Source: a virus (taxonomy: Duplodnaviria; Caudoviricetes). Taken from it: a stretch of DNA of 64,000 bases. This document shows, one piece after another, positions 28,716-37,719 of the stretch. Under the pieces are notes generated by a model, which saw only the letters and a program-made list of their open reading frames with translations, did not search any database and had not been told where the DNA came from. The translations under genes and the position numbers were made by a program. The stretch lies in IMG/VR virus record IMGVR_UViG_2912740531_000001, positions 8,142 to 72,141 of that record. One strand, given 5' to 3'. Position 1 is the stretch's first letter, and each line of letters begins with the position of its first letter.

Positions 28716-29573
28716 TCAGCGGCCGCGGCTCGAGGAGTACGGCCACGGCGGGCGGGCGGGCTGGTTCAGCGGCGCGAACAGGCGGCGCTTCCACCGGGAC
28801 AGGCTGTCGAGGGTGGGTAGGGCGCCGGCCTGGCCGGTGGTCGGCTCGGACTCGTAGGAGATCGACTGTCCCTCCGCACTGACGGAGGACACGCGGCGCC
28901 CCTGGGAACCCACGCCGCCGGGGCGGTTGCGTTCGGACTCCGCGGCGTGCGTGGTCACGTACCTGACGACAGGGTCGATCGCGGCACCGTCGAATCCGAC
29001 GAGGAAGTCAACGTCGTAGGTGCCATCTCCGCGCGGGCGGTAGGCGGAGACCTGCACCAGGTCGTCGGCCTCGAACGGCCACGACTTGGGATCCCCCAGG
29101 TCCTCGTCGCGGTGCCAGTAGGGGGTGAGGGCGGTGCGAGTGACGAGCTGGGGGATGGCGGGCTGGCCGAGGTAGGCGACGACGTCGGCCTGCGCCTTCC
29201 GGATGGCGGTCAGCAGGTCGTCGCGTTGTTCCGCGTCGAGCGGCAGGGGAACGCCGAGTTCCTTGGCAACCGCTTCGGGGGAGGTGACGAGACCCAGCCC
29301 GAGGGGCAAGTCCAGGCGTACGGACTGGTCCTTGACGGGCTGGGTGCCCTCGCTCGGGGTGAAGGTGACGGTGGCCCAGTAACGGCTGGGCGGCACGTCA
29401 GGCAGCGCGAACCGGTACACCCCGGCGCGCAGCCGGGTGGCTGGTCCCACTTCCGCCACAAGGGTGGAGCGGTCCGGTCCGTCGTACAGGGACAGGCTGG
29501 TGACCTGCCCTCCGGCCGGTTCGGGGTCGTAGTGCGCCCCGCCGTACATGGGCTTGTGGTCGTAGGTCGACAC
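28716..29573 (-). CDS. Head-tail connector protein with N-terminal extension
   Basis: AIRKAQADVVAYLGQ and SSVSAEGQSISY; start re-called at GTG 29573. Confidence 0.65.
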   Translation of the reverse strand: MSTYDHKPMYGGAHYDPEPAGGQVTSLSLYDGPDRSTLVAEVGPATRLRAGVYRFALPDVPPSRYWATVTFTPSEGTQPVKDQSVRLDLPLGLGLVTSPEAVAKELGVPLPLDAEQRDDLLTAIRKAQADVVAYLGQPAIPQLVTRTALTPYWHRDEDLGDPKSWPFEADDLVQVSAYRPRGDGTYDVDFLVGFDGAAIDPVVRYVTTHAAESERNRPGGVGSQGRRVSSVSAEGQSISYESEPTTGQAGALPTLDSLSRWKRRLFAPLNQPARPPWPYSSSRGR

Positions 29574-29584
29574 CCCGGGCTCCC

Positions 29585-30169
29585 TTACTGCTGGGTGGTC
29601 GCGTCGGCCTGGGAGGCGAGTCGCGCGGCCTGGGCTTCCAGGCGCTCCCGGATTCGCGCGGCGACGCTCTCGGAGACATGGGCGCCCGCGGGCTGCAGGA
29701 GGCGGTGAACTGGGTTGCGGTGTGGTCCGAGGAACGTCTTCTCGACCAGGCGCACGGTGCACACGAGGGTGGAGCCGTACGGGGTGAGGGGCACGAACAC
29801 GGAGTCCACGTCGGCCGGGGGTTCCTTGGTCGCGTCGTCGATGATGACCTCGGCGAGGTTCTCGTCGTCGGGGATGACCTCGGTCGGGGTGGCGTATGAG
29901 GGCGCCTCCGGGGCTGCCGGGGGTTCCTGGACGGCCGGCGGCTCGAGCGGAGCGGCGTCGGGCGCCTTCGGAGTGGCGTCGGCGGCCGGTGTCGACTCCT
30001 CGGGCTCCTGGGCAGTCGGGGCGGTCTCGTCGGTGGTCGCTGCACTGGCGTCCCCGGCGGGGGCGGTCGCCTTCGCCGGGGCGCCGGCCGTCGTGGTGGC
30101 CTCGGCGGTGGAGTCGGCAGCGGTGTTCTTGGTGGCCGCGGTCTTGCGAGTGCGGGCGGTGCCTGCCAT
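29585..30169 (-). CDS. Ala/Pro/Thr-rich hypothetical protein
   Basis: RBS GAGAGGGAGAG; low-complexity N-half. Confidence 0.7.
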   Translation of the reverse strand: MAGTARTRKTAATKNTAADSTAEATTTAGAPAKATAPAGDASAATTDETAPTAQEPEESTPAADATPKAPDAAPLEPPAVQEPPAAPEAPSYATPTEVIPDDENLAEVIIDDATKEPPADVDSVFVPLTPYGSTLVCTVRLVEKTFLGPHRNPVHRLLQPAGAHVSESVAARIRERLEAQAARLASQADATTQQ

Positions 30170-30229
30170 GAGTGGCTCTCCCTCTCGGGGTTGTGGTCCG
30201 GACGGCGCGTACCCTGCACGGCCGCGCGC

Positions 30230-30241
30230 GCTTGTGTCGCG
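30230..30241 (-). promoter_or_regulatory. Phage promoter motif copy (CGCGACACAAGC-N13-CAGGGT)
   Basis: Intergenic, consensus match. Confidence 0.75.
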
Positions 30242-30276
30242 CGCTGCGCTGGTTACCTCGAGAGGTTGTGTGAGCA

Positions 30277-30314
30277 GTGGAAAGCCCCGGGGTGCAGCCC
30301 TCGGGGCTTTCCAC
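30277..30314. terminator. Intrinsic terminator-like hairpin
   Basis: 13-bp stem GTGGAAAGCCCCG/CGGGGCTTTCCAC just after the stop at 30324. Confidence 0.75.
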
Positions 30315-30323
30315 CGTCAGGTA

Positions 30324-30788
30324 TCAGGAGTAGGTGAAGCCTCCCGTCTTGGTGACGTTGCCGGTGTCGGCCGCGACGACGACGTTGACGGCACCTGCCG
30401 CACCTGCGGGGGTCTTGACTTGCAACTCGGTCGCGGAGATGACCTTGAGCTCGGTGCCCGGTGTCGCGCCGAAGTTGACCGCGGAGACCCCGTCGAGCCG
30501 GGTGCCCGTAATGGTGATGGTGGTCCTGCCCGCGGCTGGGCCGGTCGTCGGCGTGATGGTGGTGACCGTGGCGGCGGGGTCGAAGTGTCGGTCGGTCTGG
30601 GACTGGGGGACGACGGTCCCGGCCTGGTAGAGCAGGTGGCGCCGGGAGCCCTCGGGTCTGCCGTCGCCGGGCCCGTAGGCCTTGGTCTCGTATACGTCCT
30701 CGCTGAGGCGCATGGGGGTGTCGCTGGCGGGGACTGCGGGGAACGCGGACTGCTCGATGCGTGTCCCGTCTTCCTTGTAGAGGCCCAT
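30324..30788 (-). CDS. IPT/TIG-domain protein (possible head decoration)
   Basis: TITPTTGPAAGRTTITITG to GGFTY; start re-called at MGLYKEDG after AGGAAGGA. Confidence 0.8.
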   Translation of the reverse strand: MGLYKEDGTRIEQSAFPAVPASDTPMRLSEDVYETKAYGPGDGRPEGSRRHLLYQAGTVVPQSQTDRHFDPAATVTTITPTTGPAAGRTTITITGTRLDGVSAVNFGATPGTELKVISATELQVKTPAGAAGAVNVVVAADTGNVTKTGGFTYS

Positions 30789-30870
30789 GGAATCCTTCCT
30801 GGGGTCGAGTGGCCGGCGAAGGATGGGGCACGGGGGTCGCTTGGGTCGCGTACTCGCTGGGGAGCGGGGA

Positions 30871-30899
30871 ACTTGCCCAATTGGGCAAGAACGATCTTG
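30871..30899. repeat. 29-bp element with 18-bp perfect palindrome CTTGCCCAATTGGGCAAG (copy 1)
   Basis: 28/29 identical to the reverse complement of 37731-37759. Confidence 0.9.
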
Positions 30900-30916
30900 A
30901 TGTGCCCCCGAGGCGG

Positions 30917-31657
30917 CTACGGCCGTCCGCCCCTGAACTGCTTGCCGGGGCCACGACGTCGCGCGTCCTGTTCCCGCTGCAGTTCGCTGAACCGTTTGTC
31001 GCCCTGCTTCTTCTTGAGGTGCTTGATGTTGTTCGCAGGGATGCCAACCTTCTGCGGGCCGAGCACGGACACCAAGCACCCCTCATCGGCCCGGGAGGTG
31101 TACCCGGCCTCGGTGAGGGAGTCCGCGTCGGGGAAGATGTCGACGTGCCGCTCGATGGTCACGTCGACCAGGTGGTCCTCGCGGCCCCCGAGTGAGTACA
31201 CCCACTTGAAGTTCTCCGGCGGGTCAGGCTCCACGACGTCCCGGAACAGAGAAACGCTCTTGGTGTACGCGTAGAACTTCACGCCCGGCGCGGCCCGCAT
31301 CACGCGCATCCACGCCTCGGTGTACTCCGTGGAGAAGAAGTCGCCGGCGTCGTGACAGCGAACCCACCGGCCTTGGTACCGCTTGTGCTGGAGTTCCGCG
31401 GTCATCTGCGCTTCCCAGCCGGGCAGATCGTCGAGCAGCATCATCAGATTCGCCTCGTGGCGCGCCTTGACGCCCGCGAACCGGTAGGCGCCCTGCCGCG
31501 CGTAGCAGAGCTGCGCGCAGATCCCCGCAGACGGGCACGTGTTGTAGGTGCGGCCGTCCGGCAGGGTCCCGGCCCACGCCGGGATGGACCAGTTCCATAT
31601 GCCCTGTCGCCGCAGGTCTGTGTTCTGGGTGAGTAGCCACCGTGGTTTGTCAGTCAT
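30917..31657 (-). CDS. GP88-like phage protein (Cys cluster)
   Basis: TCPSAGICAQLCYA, VRCHDAGDFFS, FYAYTKS; start re-called at MTDKPRW. Confidence 0.75.
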   Translation of the reverse strand: MTDKPRWLLTQNTDLRRQGIWNWSIPAWAGTLPDGRTYNTCPSAGICAQLCYARQGAYRFAGVKARHEANLMMLLDDLPGWEAQMTAELQHKRYQGRWVRCHDAGDFFSTEYTEAWMRVMRAAPGVKFYAYTKSVSLFRDVVEPDPPENFKWVYSLGGREDHLVDVTIERHVDIFPDADSLTEAGYTSRADEGCLVSVLGPQKVGIPANNIKHLKKKQGDKRFSELQREQDARRRGPGKQFRGGRP

Positions 31658-31695
31658 GCCCGGACCGTGGAGTTCTGGGATGGCTTGCGTCGCGC

Positions 31696-32943
31696 TCAGA
31701 GGATCCGCAGGTCGTCCCAGCCCTCGGGGCCGACGCTGAACACCAACAGGCCGGAAGTCGAGACCTCCCCGGAGCGGACGGCGTACCAGTCGCTGCCGTT
31801 GTCGAGGGTGGGGGCCTGGATCCACAGCCTCCCGTTGCCCATCTGCTGCGCGCGGAAGTGGTGGTAGTGGCCCGTGATCAGGATGTCGGCGTCCGCGACA
31901 GGCTGGCGGCCGAAGGTCTGCCCCCTCCACCAGTCGCCAGCTTTCTCAGGCCGCGGGTACTGGTGGCCGTGAGCCAGGCCTACGATGCGCCCGGCGATGT
32001 CGAGCGACACGGTGTCCCGCCACCGCTCCGGCATCACGAACGAGACGTGCCCGTAGGCGTCCTGGTTGCGGGCGTAGGCGTCGGCCACCTGGGACATGAC
32101 CTCGATGCCCCAGTCGTCGACGGGCGGGCCGACGGCGTCCTTCCCGCGACGAACACGGCCGTGGTTGCTGCCGCACGTCGCGGCGACGACACGGGCGAAC
32201 TTCCCGGCGAGGCGGTCCAGGCCCTCGAAGGTGACGCGGCGGTGGACGCGGATCATCTCGGTCAGGGTCAAGTCGTTGGTGAACGCCTGCTGCGTCGTGT
32301 TCTCGAAGCCTTCGACACAATCTCCGGCGTCGGCCCAGTAGGCGACGGACGGGGCGCGGCCGACGGCCTTGAGATCGCGGATGTGGTCGTCCAGCTTGTC
32401 GAACCGGTCGGCGACCCGGGCGATGAGCTCCGGAGTGCCGCCGTCGCGGCCCACCTTCCCGGCCTGGGCGTCGGCGTACACCACGACCAGGGCGCGCTCC
32501 GCGGTGTCGACGGCGGCGCGCGGCTTCCGGCGGCGGCGCATCGCGTCCCGTACGAGGGCGTCGACGTCGCCGGCGGACATCCACGCGGGCTCGGCCGGTT
32601 CGATGACGTACCGGCAGCGCCACACGGCGCGGGTGACGGCGTCCTCGCCCTGGGCGTCGCGGTGCCAGGCGGCCGGGTCGTGCTTGGCCTCGACGAGGCG
32701 GACGCGGAAACCGTCGGGGATGGTCAGCCCCATCTCCTCTACGCGCTTGCGCAGCTCGTCGTCACCGGCCGGTGGCTTGTCGGCGGGCGGGGCGGTGACG
32801 ACCATCGTGCCGCTCGGCTCGTAGCGCACCCCGCTCTCCCAGCCGCGAGGAACGGCCGGTTGGAGCCGCTGGGTCTGCGCGGGCTGGCTCTGTTCATGGG
32901 AGGCAGGCTCGAGGAGCGCCTGCAGCTCGTTGTTCAGGGTCAT
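31696..32943 (-). CDS. Calcineurin-like metallophosphoesterase / Mre11-like nuclease
   Basis: ADAQ, AGDCVE, GSNHG, AHGH, TGHYHH motifs. Confidence 0.8.
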   Translation of the reverse strand: MTLNNELQALLEPASHEQSQPAQTQRLQPAVPRGWESGVRYEPSGTMVVTAPPADKPPAGDDELRKRVEEMGLTIPDGFRVRLVEAKHDPAAWHRDAQGEDAVTRAVWRCRYVIEPAEPAWMSAGDVDALVRDAMRRRRKPRAAVDTAERALVVVYADAQAGKVGRDGGTPELIARVADRFDKLDDHIRDLKAVGRAPSVAYWADAGDCVEGFENTTQQAFTNDLTLTEMIRVHRRVTFEGLDRLAGKFARVVAATCGSNHGRVRRGKDAVGPPVDDWGIEVMSQVADAYARNQDAYGHVSFVMPERWRDTVSLDIAGRIVGLAHGHQYPRPEKAGDWWRGQTFGRQPVADADILITGHYHHFRAQQMGNGRLWIQAPTLDNGSDWYAVRSGEVSTSGLLVFSVGPEGWDDLRIL

Positions 32944-33215
32944 CGCTCGCACCGGCATCCGTTGGGCTTCCCACGTCGTCGGTGCCGATTGACGGTGTAG
33001 GCCGTGACGGCGTCGCCGTACCGGCTGAGGGTCTCGGCGATAGCCGTGGCGGAGACACTGGCCGAGTCCAGCACCGCGCGGAGGGATGCGGCCACGTCGG
33101 CATCTGCGGCTTCCAGGAGCGCGCCGACGCTGCAGCGGGGGCCTCGATGAGCGGCGGGAGCGCCCGCAAGCGCGTCCAACTCCTGAGCGAGGCCTATGGG
33201 TTGTTTCTCGATCAC
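32940..33215 (-). CDS. Small Cys/His protein coupled to the phosphoesterase
   Basis: RCSVG and HRRRGKPNGCRC; ATGA overlap. Confidence 0.65.
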   Translation of the reverse strand: MIEKQPIGLAQELDALAGAPAAHRGPRCSVGALLEAADADVAASLRAVLDSASVSATAIAETLSRYGDAVTAYTVNRHRRRGKPNGCRCER

Positions 33216-33297
33216 CAGCGTCCTCCGTCGTCGTGACTGTGGTACGTGGGAGGGGGCGCGCCCGTGGCCCGGGTGCACCCCCTCACCCCCGTCCGGA

Positions 33298-34593
33298 TCA
33301 CGGGGCCGGCGTGGTCCAGGTGCCGATGACGAAGCTCTCCGGCCGCGGAACCTCGAGCGCCAGGCGCTCGTCGGCGCGGAACGTGATGAGGCCCTGCTCG
33401 TAGTTGATGCCGTTCTCCGACGAGACGGTCACGGAGACGTTCTCGCGGTCGTGGAGCTGCGCGCCGAGACCGAACGCGCCGATGAGGAAGTCGGTGTCGG
33501 CCATCGCGGTCGTCTCGACGACGTTGAGGCGCCACACCTTCTTCTCGGCGCCGATCGCGACGGCGATGGCGACGCGGAAGGCGCCGTTCTTGTCCTCCTC
33601 GACCTCCACGTGCTCCCACATCGTGGGCGACAGGACGATGCCGGTCGGGTCGTATTCGGCCAGCAGCGCCCTGGTGATCGCGCGCCGAATCTGGACGCTG
33701 TACTGGTCGGTCGCGAGACCGGTGTACTGCTGGACGCCCGGCGTGTTGTAGATGCCGGTGATGGACTGGCCGTCGCCGATGCTGTGCAGAAGGTCCCAGT
33801 CCTCGGCGTACTTGACGCCCTCCACCATGCGTGTGTTGATGAAGGTCTTGAGCCTGGGTTCGTCGCTGAGGATGTTCTTGTGCGCATCGAGCAGGTGCGC
33901 GACCTCGGCCACCGGGTACATCACCGGGGTCAGCGTGAGCTTCGACCGTGGGGCGCGGCCCCAGGTGTCGGTGTCCGCCCCGGTCGCCGGCGACGTGCCG
34001 TCCGCGGCGTACCGCTCCTTGATCTGCTTGGCGCTGTTCGTCCAGCCGGTCTCTCGCGCGCCGTACAGGACGGCGTTCTTGGTCGTGCTCTTCGGGAACA
34101 GGTCCCTGATGTGGAACTTCCTGAAGGGCCTTTCGGCGATGCCGAGGTTCTGCGCGGAGCCGAGGACCTGGTGGGTCACCGTGCCCGCGGACAGGGAGAA
34201 GATGGACTTCCCCTCGATGTCGGCGCGGATGTACGGCTTGTCACGGAACCCTGCCTGCGTGGCGTTCTGGTAGGAGGCGGACTCGACGAACAGGTCGCCG
34301 AGGGACTTCTCCTCGATGCCGGGACGCTGGCCGTAGTGGGTGGCCGCGGCCGGCGGGTTCTCCGGGGCCTCGAGGTACTGCTTGATCTCGACCAGGCCCT
34401 GCTCGGCGTCGATCAGGCTCTTGATCTCCGCGGCCTCGGCAGAGACCTTCTTGAAGGCCTTCGCCTGCTCGCTGGAGACGACGAACTGACCGCCGTCCTC
34501 GACCTTGAAGGTCTGGCTGATGCGCTCGGCCTCGGCGGACTTGACCTGGAGCGCCTTCTGCAGCTCCTCGATACGTGTGGTGGTGGCGGGCAT
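33298..34593 (-). CDS. Major capsid protein (HK97 fold)
   Basis: N-terminal coiled-coil delta domain; EDWDLLHSIGDG and ITFRADERLALEVPRPESFV; start re-called at MPATTT. Confidence 0.93.
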   Translation of the reverse strand: MPATTTRIEELQKALQVKSAEAERISQTFKVEDGGQFVVSSEQAKAFKKVSAEAAEIKSLIDAEQGLVEIKQYLEAPENPPAAATHYGQRPGIEEKSLGDLFVESASYQNATQAGFRDKPYIRADIEGKSIFSLSAGTVTHQVLGSAQNLGIAERPFRKFHIRDLFPKSTTKNAVLYGARETGWTNSAKQIKERYAADGTSPATGADTDTWGRAPRSKLTLTPVMYPVAEVAHLLDAHKNILSDEPRLKTFINTRMVEGVKYAEDWDLLHSIGDGQSITGIYNTPGVQQYTGLATDQYSVQIRRAITRALLAEYDPTGIVLSPTMWEHVEVEEDKNGAFRVAIAVAIGAEKKVWRLNVVETTAMADTDFLIGAFGLGAQLHDRENVSVTVSSENGINYEQGLITFRADERLALEVPRPESFVIGTWTTPAP

Positions 34594-34695
34594 TTGGGGT
34601 GCTCTCCCTGATGCTGGGGGCGGTTGACGTGCGTCGCTCGCCCGGCCAGCACCGGGACGCCTCAACGCGAGGCGGAATGGAAAGGGGAGACTGGG

Positions 34696-34707
34696 GTTAA
34701 CGTCGCG
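34696..34707 (-). promoter_or_regulatory. Phage promoter motif copy (CGCGACGTTAAC; -10 less canonical)
   Basis: Upstream of the capsid gene. Confidence 0.7.
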
Positions 34708-34817
34708 TGCTGCCCGCTCGGGACGTCAAGAGTGGGCAGCACATGGGGTTTGACCTGCTGTTTTGTTGTCAGCGGTGCGGGAGCTCCGCGGGTTGGGTCC
34801 GGGTTGGGGGGTGCAAC

Positions 34818-36758
34818 TCAGCTCCGTATCAGGGCGAGTGCGGCCTTCACTTCGTCGGCGTCCATGCGCACGGTGTCCTCCGGTGCGCGGGCCGGCTCCG
34901 CGCCCTCGTGGTCCACGTCGTCTTCTCCGTCGTCGACGTCGCCGAAGGCGTCTTCGTCCCACAGGGCCAGTCCGAGCGGGGTGGCGGCCGCCGTACGCTC
35001 CGCAGGTGCGGCGTCGTCTTCGTCGGCGGCGATGTCGAGTCCCTTGGCGGACAGGGCCGCGATCAGGTCGCGTACCTTGTCGCGAACCTCCTCGAACTGC
35101 TCCGGGTCCGCGGTGCTGCTGCTGACGCGGGCGGTGGCGTCGGCAAGCGTCTCCACGGTGGGCTGGACGACCCGGGCGTCGACGTCTTCGGCCTCGGTGG
35201 CTGCTCGGTGGGCGGTGGTGCCCTCCGGTACGACGATGGTGGCAAGTTCGACGGGCTGCGGCTTCTCCAGGGTGATGTCACCGGTGGCCGTGACCGTGTA
35301 CGGAATCGCGTAGTGGCTGCTGCGTCGCTCGGTCGCCCCGTCTTCGCTGTGCACGGAGACGATGACGCGGTCCGGATAGGTGCCCTCGATGCACGTCCAG
35401 GTGCCGCCGTCCTGGTCGAGGAGTTCCCGGACCTTGTCGGAGAGGCGGGAGCGGAACTGTTCCTGCGACTCGGGCATGGGCTTGGGGGACATGGCGAGAG
35501 CCTCCAGGTGGGCGATGTGCTTGCTCTTGGCCTCGATGACCGTGGAGCGGGCGGACTTGTGCTCGATGCGAGGCAGGGCGCGGGCGGCCTGTACGGCGGC
35601 GCGCGCGGACTTCTTCTCGGTGGAGGTCACGCCGTCCCGGGTGGCGTTGATGATGCCCTCGAGGACGTTCTCGGAGATGGGACGGGTCGGCTTCGGTGCC
35701 GGGCCCTGCGGGAGGGCGGCGCCGGCCAGGAGCTCCAACGGAGTTTCGCGGCACTCAGGCCGCAGAAGCGCCATGTCGGGGAGGGCAGTGATCGGCCACC
35801 AGGCCGTGACCTCCGTCGCGTCGCCCTTGGGGTCATCGGGGTTGGCGATGCGGCGTTCGTCGTGCGGCACGTTGATCGGCACGGAATCCTCGGTCGGGAC
35901 GACCGCGACGAAGCCCCGGTAGATGCCGTTCGGGGCCGTCCAGGAGCCGATGACGCTTGCAGTGCCGGGCAGGGTCGAGCCGGTCTCCTCTCCCCACTCG
36001 CGTACCGCGGCCGTGAGGGGGTCTTCTCCGTCTTCCCTGTGTCCGCCGGGGAACTCCCACATTCCCGCGGCCGGATCGTCCTCGTCGAGCGTGCGCTGGA
36101 TCATCAGCACGCGTCCGGTATCGGCGGCCTTCACGACCAGGCCCGCGACTTTGATGGCGTCCTTGCCCTTCGACGAGGCGACGACGTCGATCTCGACATG
36201 GGAAGGCGTGGTCTTGTACTCGAGGCCGTCGTGCCCGCCGGTGGCGGACTTCACCTCGAGGCTGCGCGTCAGGGGGTGCGCTCCGTGCAGAACGGGCGAT
36301 ACCTCGTACAGGTCCAGGTGGTGGATGACGCGGACTCCGTCACCGCGCAGGGACGCCTCTCCTTCTCGTACGCGGTAGCCGATGGAGAACGCGGCCTGCC
36401 CGTGCTCATGCCACTGCTTGACCTGCTCGTAGGCGTCACGGCCCTGGCGGGTGCGCAGGTTGTAGATCACGGTGGCGACGAGGGCGCCGGCCTCGGCGGG
36501 CCAGTCGGGGATGTCGGCGAATCGAGGGTCGCCGGGCATCCACTCCTCGCACGCGGCGACGACGCCGACGGGATCCTTCCACCCGTGATGCCAGACTGAT
36601 TTGACGGGGCGTGAGGCCAAGGTGCGGGTGAAGGCGCCGGGCAGGACGAGGTCATTGACCTCGTCCACCACGCCGGTGACGGCATAGATTGCCCGGCTGG
36701 TGCCTCGCTGGGTGGTGCTGGGGCGTGCGGATCTGGTGGGTGGAGCAGCGCTCGGCAC
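34818..36758 (-). CDS. HK97-type prohead protease fused to a NUDIX hydrolase and an acidic C-terminal domain
   Basis: DLVLPGAFTRTL, VWHH, FSIGY, DLYEVSPVLHGAHP protease motifs; intact Nudix box GGHREDGEDPLTAAVREWGEETG. Confidence 0.88.
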   Translation of the reverse strand: MPSAAPPTRSARPSTTQRGTSRAIYAVTGVVDEVNDLVLPGAFTRTLASRPVKSVWHHGWKDPVGVVAACEEWMPGDPRFADIPDWPAEAGALVATVIYNLRTRQGRDAYEQVKQWHEHGQAAFSIGYRVREGEASLRGDGVRVIHHLDLYEVSPVLHGAHPLTRSLEVKSATGGHDGLEYKTTPSHVEIDVVASSKGKDAIKVAGLVVKAADTGRVLMIQRTLDEDDPAAGMWEFPGGHREDGEDPLTAAVREWGEETGSTLPGTASVIGSWTAPNGIYRGFVAVVPTEDSVPINVPHDERRIANPDDPKGDATEVTAWWPITALPDMALLRPECRETPLELLAGAALPQGPAPKPTRPISENVLEGIINATRDGVTSTEKKSARAAVQAARALPRIEHKSARSTVIEAKSKHIAHLEALAMSPKPMPESQEQFRSRLSDKVRELLDQDGGTWTCIEGTYPDRVIVSVHSEDGATERRSSHYAIPYTVTATGDITLEKPQPVELATIVVPEGTTAHRAATEAEDVDARVVQPTVETLADATARVSSSTADPEQFEEVRDKVRDLIAALSAKGLDIAADEDDAAPAERTAAATPLGLALWDEDAFGDVDDGEDDVDHEGAEPARAPEDTVRMDADEVKAALALIRS

Positions 36759-36817
36759 GGCGGGAAACCTCCGGCGGTGGACAGTGGGCCGCCGGGCACC
36801 GTGCCGTTCGCGTCTGC

Positions 36818-37027
36818 CTAGTGTCCTGTGCTGGCCACGGGCTGGAGCGGCCGCTGCTCAGCTTCGGAGCGGGCCATGGACCAACCGCGGTTCCAGTAGC
36901 GGTATCCGAACTGCTCCTCGGCGTTGCCGTACATGTTGTACGGGCAGGCGTCGGAGGGGTCTCCGGCCTCGTACGCGGCCTTGCCTTCGTTGAGCCGGTC
37001 CTGGAAGGTCTGGCGGTCGAGCTGCAC
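36818..37027 (-). CDS. Rmf/CrpP-fold small protein
   Basis: EGKAAYEAG, ACPY and WNRGW match the ribosome modulation factor pattern. Confidence 0.65.
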   Translation of the reverse strand: MQLDRQTFQDRLNEGKAAYEAGDPSDACPYNMYGNAEEQFGYRYWNRGWSMARSEAEQRPLQPVASTGH

Positions 37028-37039
37028 TCTCGGCTCTCC

Positions 37040-37669
37040 TTACTGGCTCGCGAACATCGGGTCTTGCACGCCGCGGTCTTCGGGCGGGGCCTGGCCGCCT
37101 GGGGCTGCCGGGTCGGTCGTGCCGTCTCCCCCTTCGGGGCCGTGCGATCGGGTCATCTGCGCCCCGTCCACGTCGATGGCCCACGCATCAGGGTCTGTGT
37201 AGCGCCACATCTGGCCCGTGGAGTCACGCACCCATCCGGTCAGTGTGCCGTCCGGGGCCTGGTCGAGCCAAGCCTGTTCCCCATCGCTGCCGGTGTACGC
37301 GGCGAAGGCGTTCTCTGGGTCGGTCTCGTCGCCCTCGTCGTACATGTCTCCGGCCCAGGGGCGGGAGTCGTCGTCGGGCAGTTCCGGGGCCGCGCCCGGG
37401 TCCTCTCCGACGCCTTCTCCCTCCGGTGGCGTGTCCGTTGCCGGAGGCGCAGCGTGGTCCTCCGCCGGTGCGGCGGGGGCCGCGGTCGGGTCCTCGGGCA
37501 GGTCCTCCACCGCGGGGTCTTCGGAGGGGTCGTTGTCGGAGACGCCGGGGCCGGCCGTCTCGAGTGAGGCCTCTTCGGTGCCCGCGGTGTCCTCGTTCTC
37601 GTCGTCTTCCTCCCCGAAAGGCTTGCCGCCCTGGGGGAGAGCCTTGATGGCGAATCCGTATCTGGTCAC
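37040..37669 (-). CDS. Acidic hypothetical protein
   Basis: Start re-called at GTG 37669, 6 nt after the motif-linked -10 box. Confidence 0.7.
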   Translation of the reverse strand: MTRYGFAIKALPQGGKPFGEEDDENEDTAGTEEASLETAGPGVSDNDPSEDPAVEDLPEDPTAAPAAPAEDHAAPPATDTPPEGEGVGEDPGAAPELPDDDSRPWAGDMYDEGDETDPENAFAAYTGSDGEQAWLDQAPDGTLTGWVRDSTGQMWRYTDPDAWAIDVDGAQMTRSHGPEGGDGTTDPAAPGGQAPPEDRGVQDPMFASQ

Positions 37670-37695
37670 GTGCGGAGCATGCGCACGGGGGAGCG

Positions 37696-37707
37696 GCTTG
37701 TGTCGCC
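37696..37707 (-). promoter_or_regulatory. Phage promoter motif copy (GGCGACACAAGC-N14-CATGCT), probably leaderless
   Basis: One mismatch to consensus. Confidence 0.7.
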
Positions 37708-37719
37708 GCCACCGCCCTC

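Noticed and set aside
36781-36812. Possible 14th promoter copy (CGCGAACGGCAC-N14-CACTGT) before the protease
   Set aside because: Only CGCGA matches; plausible but too degenerate to count
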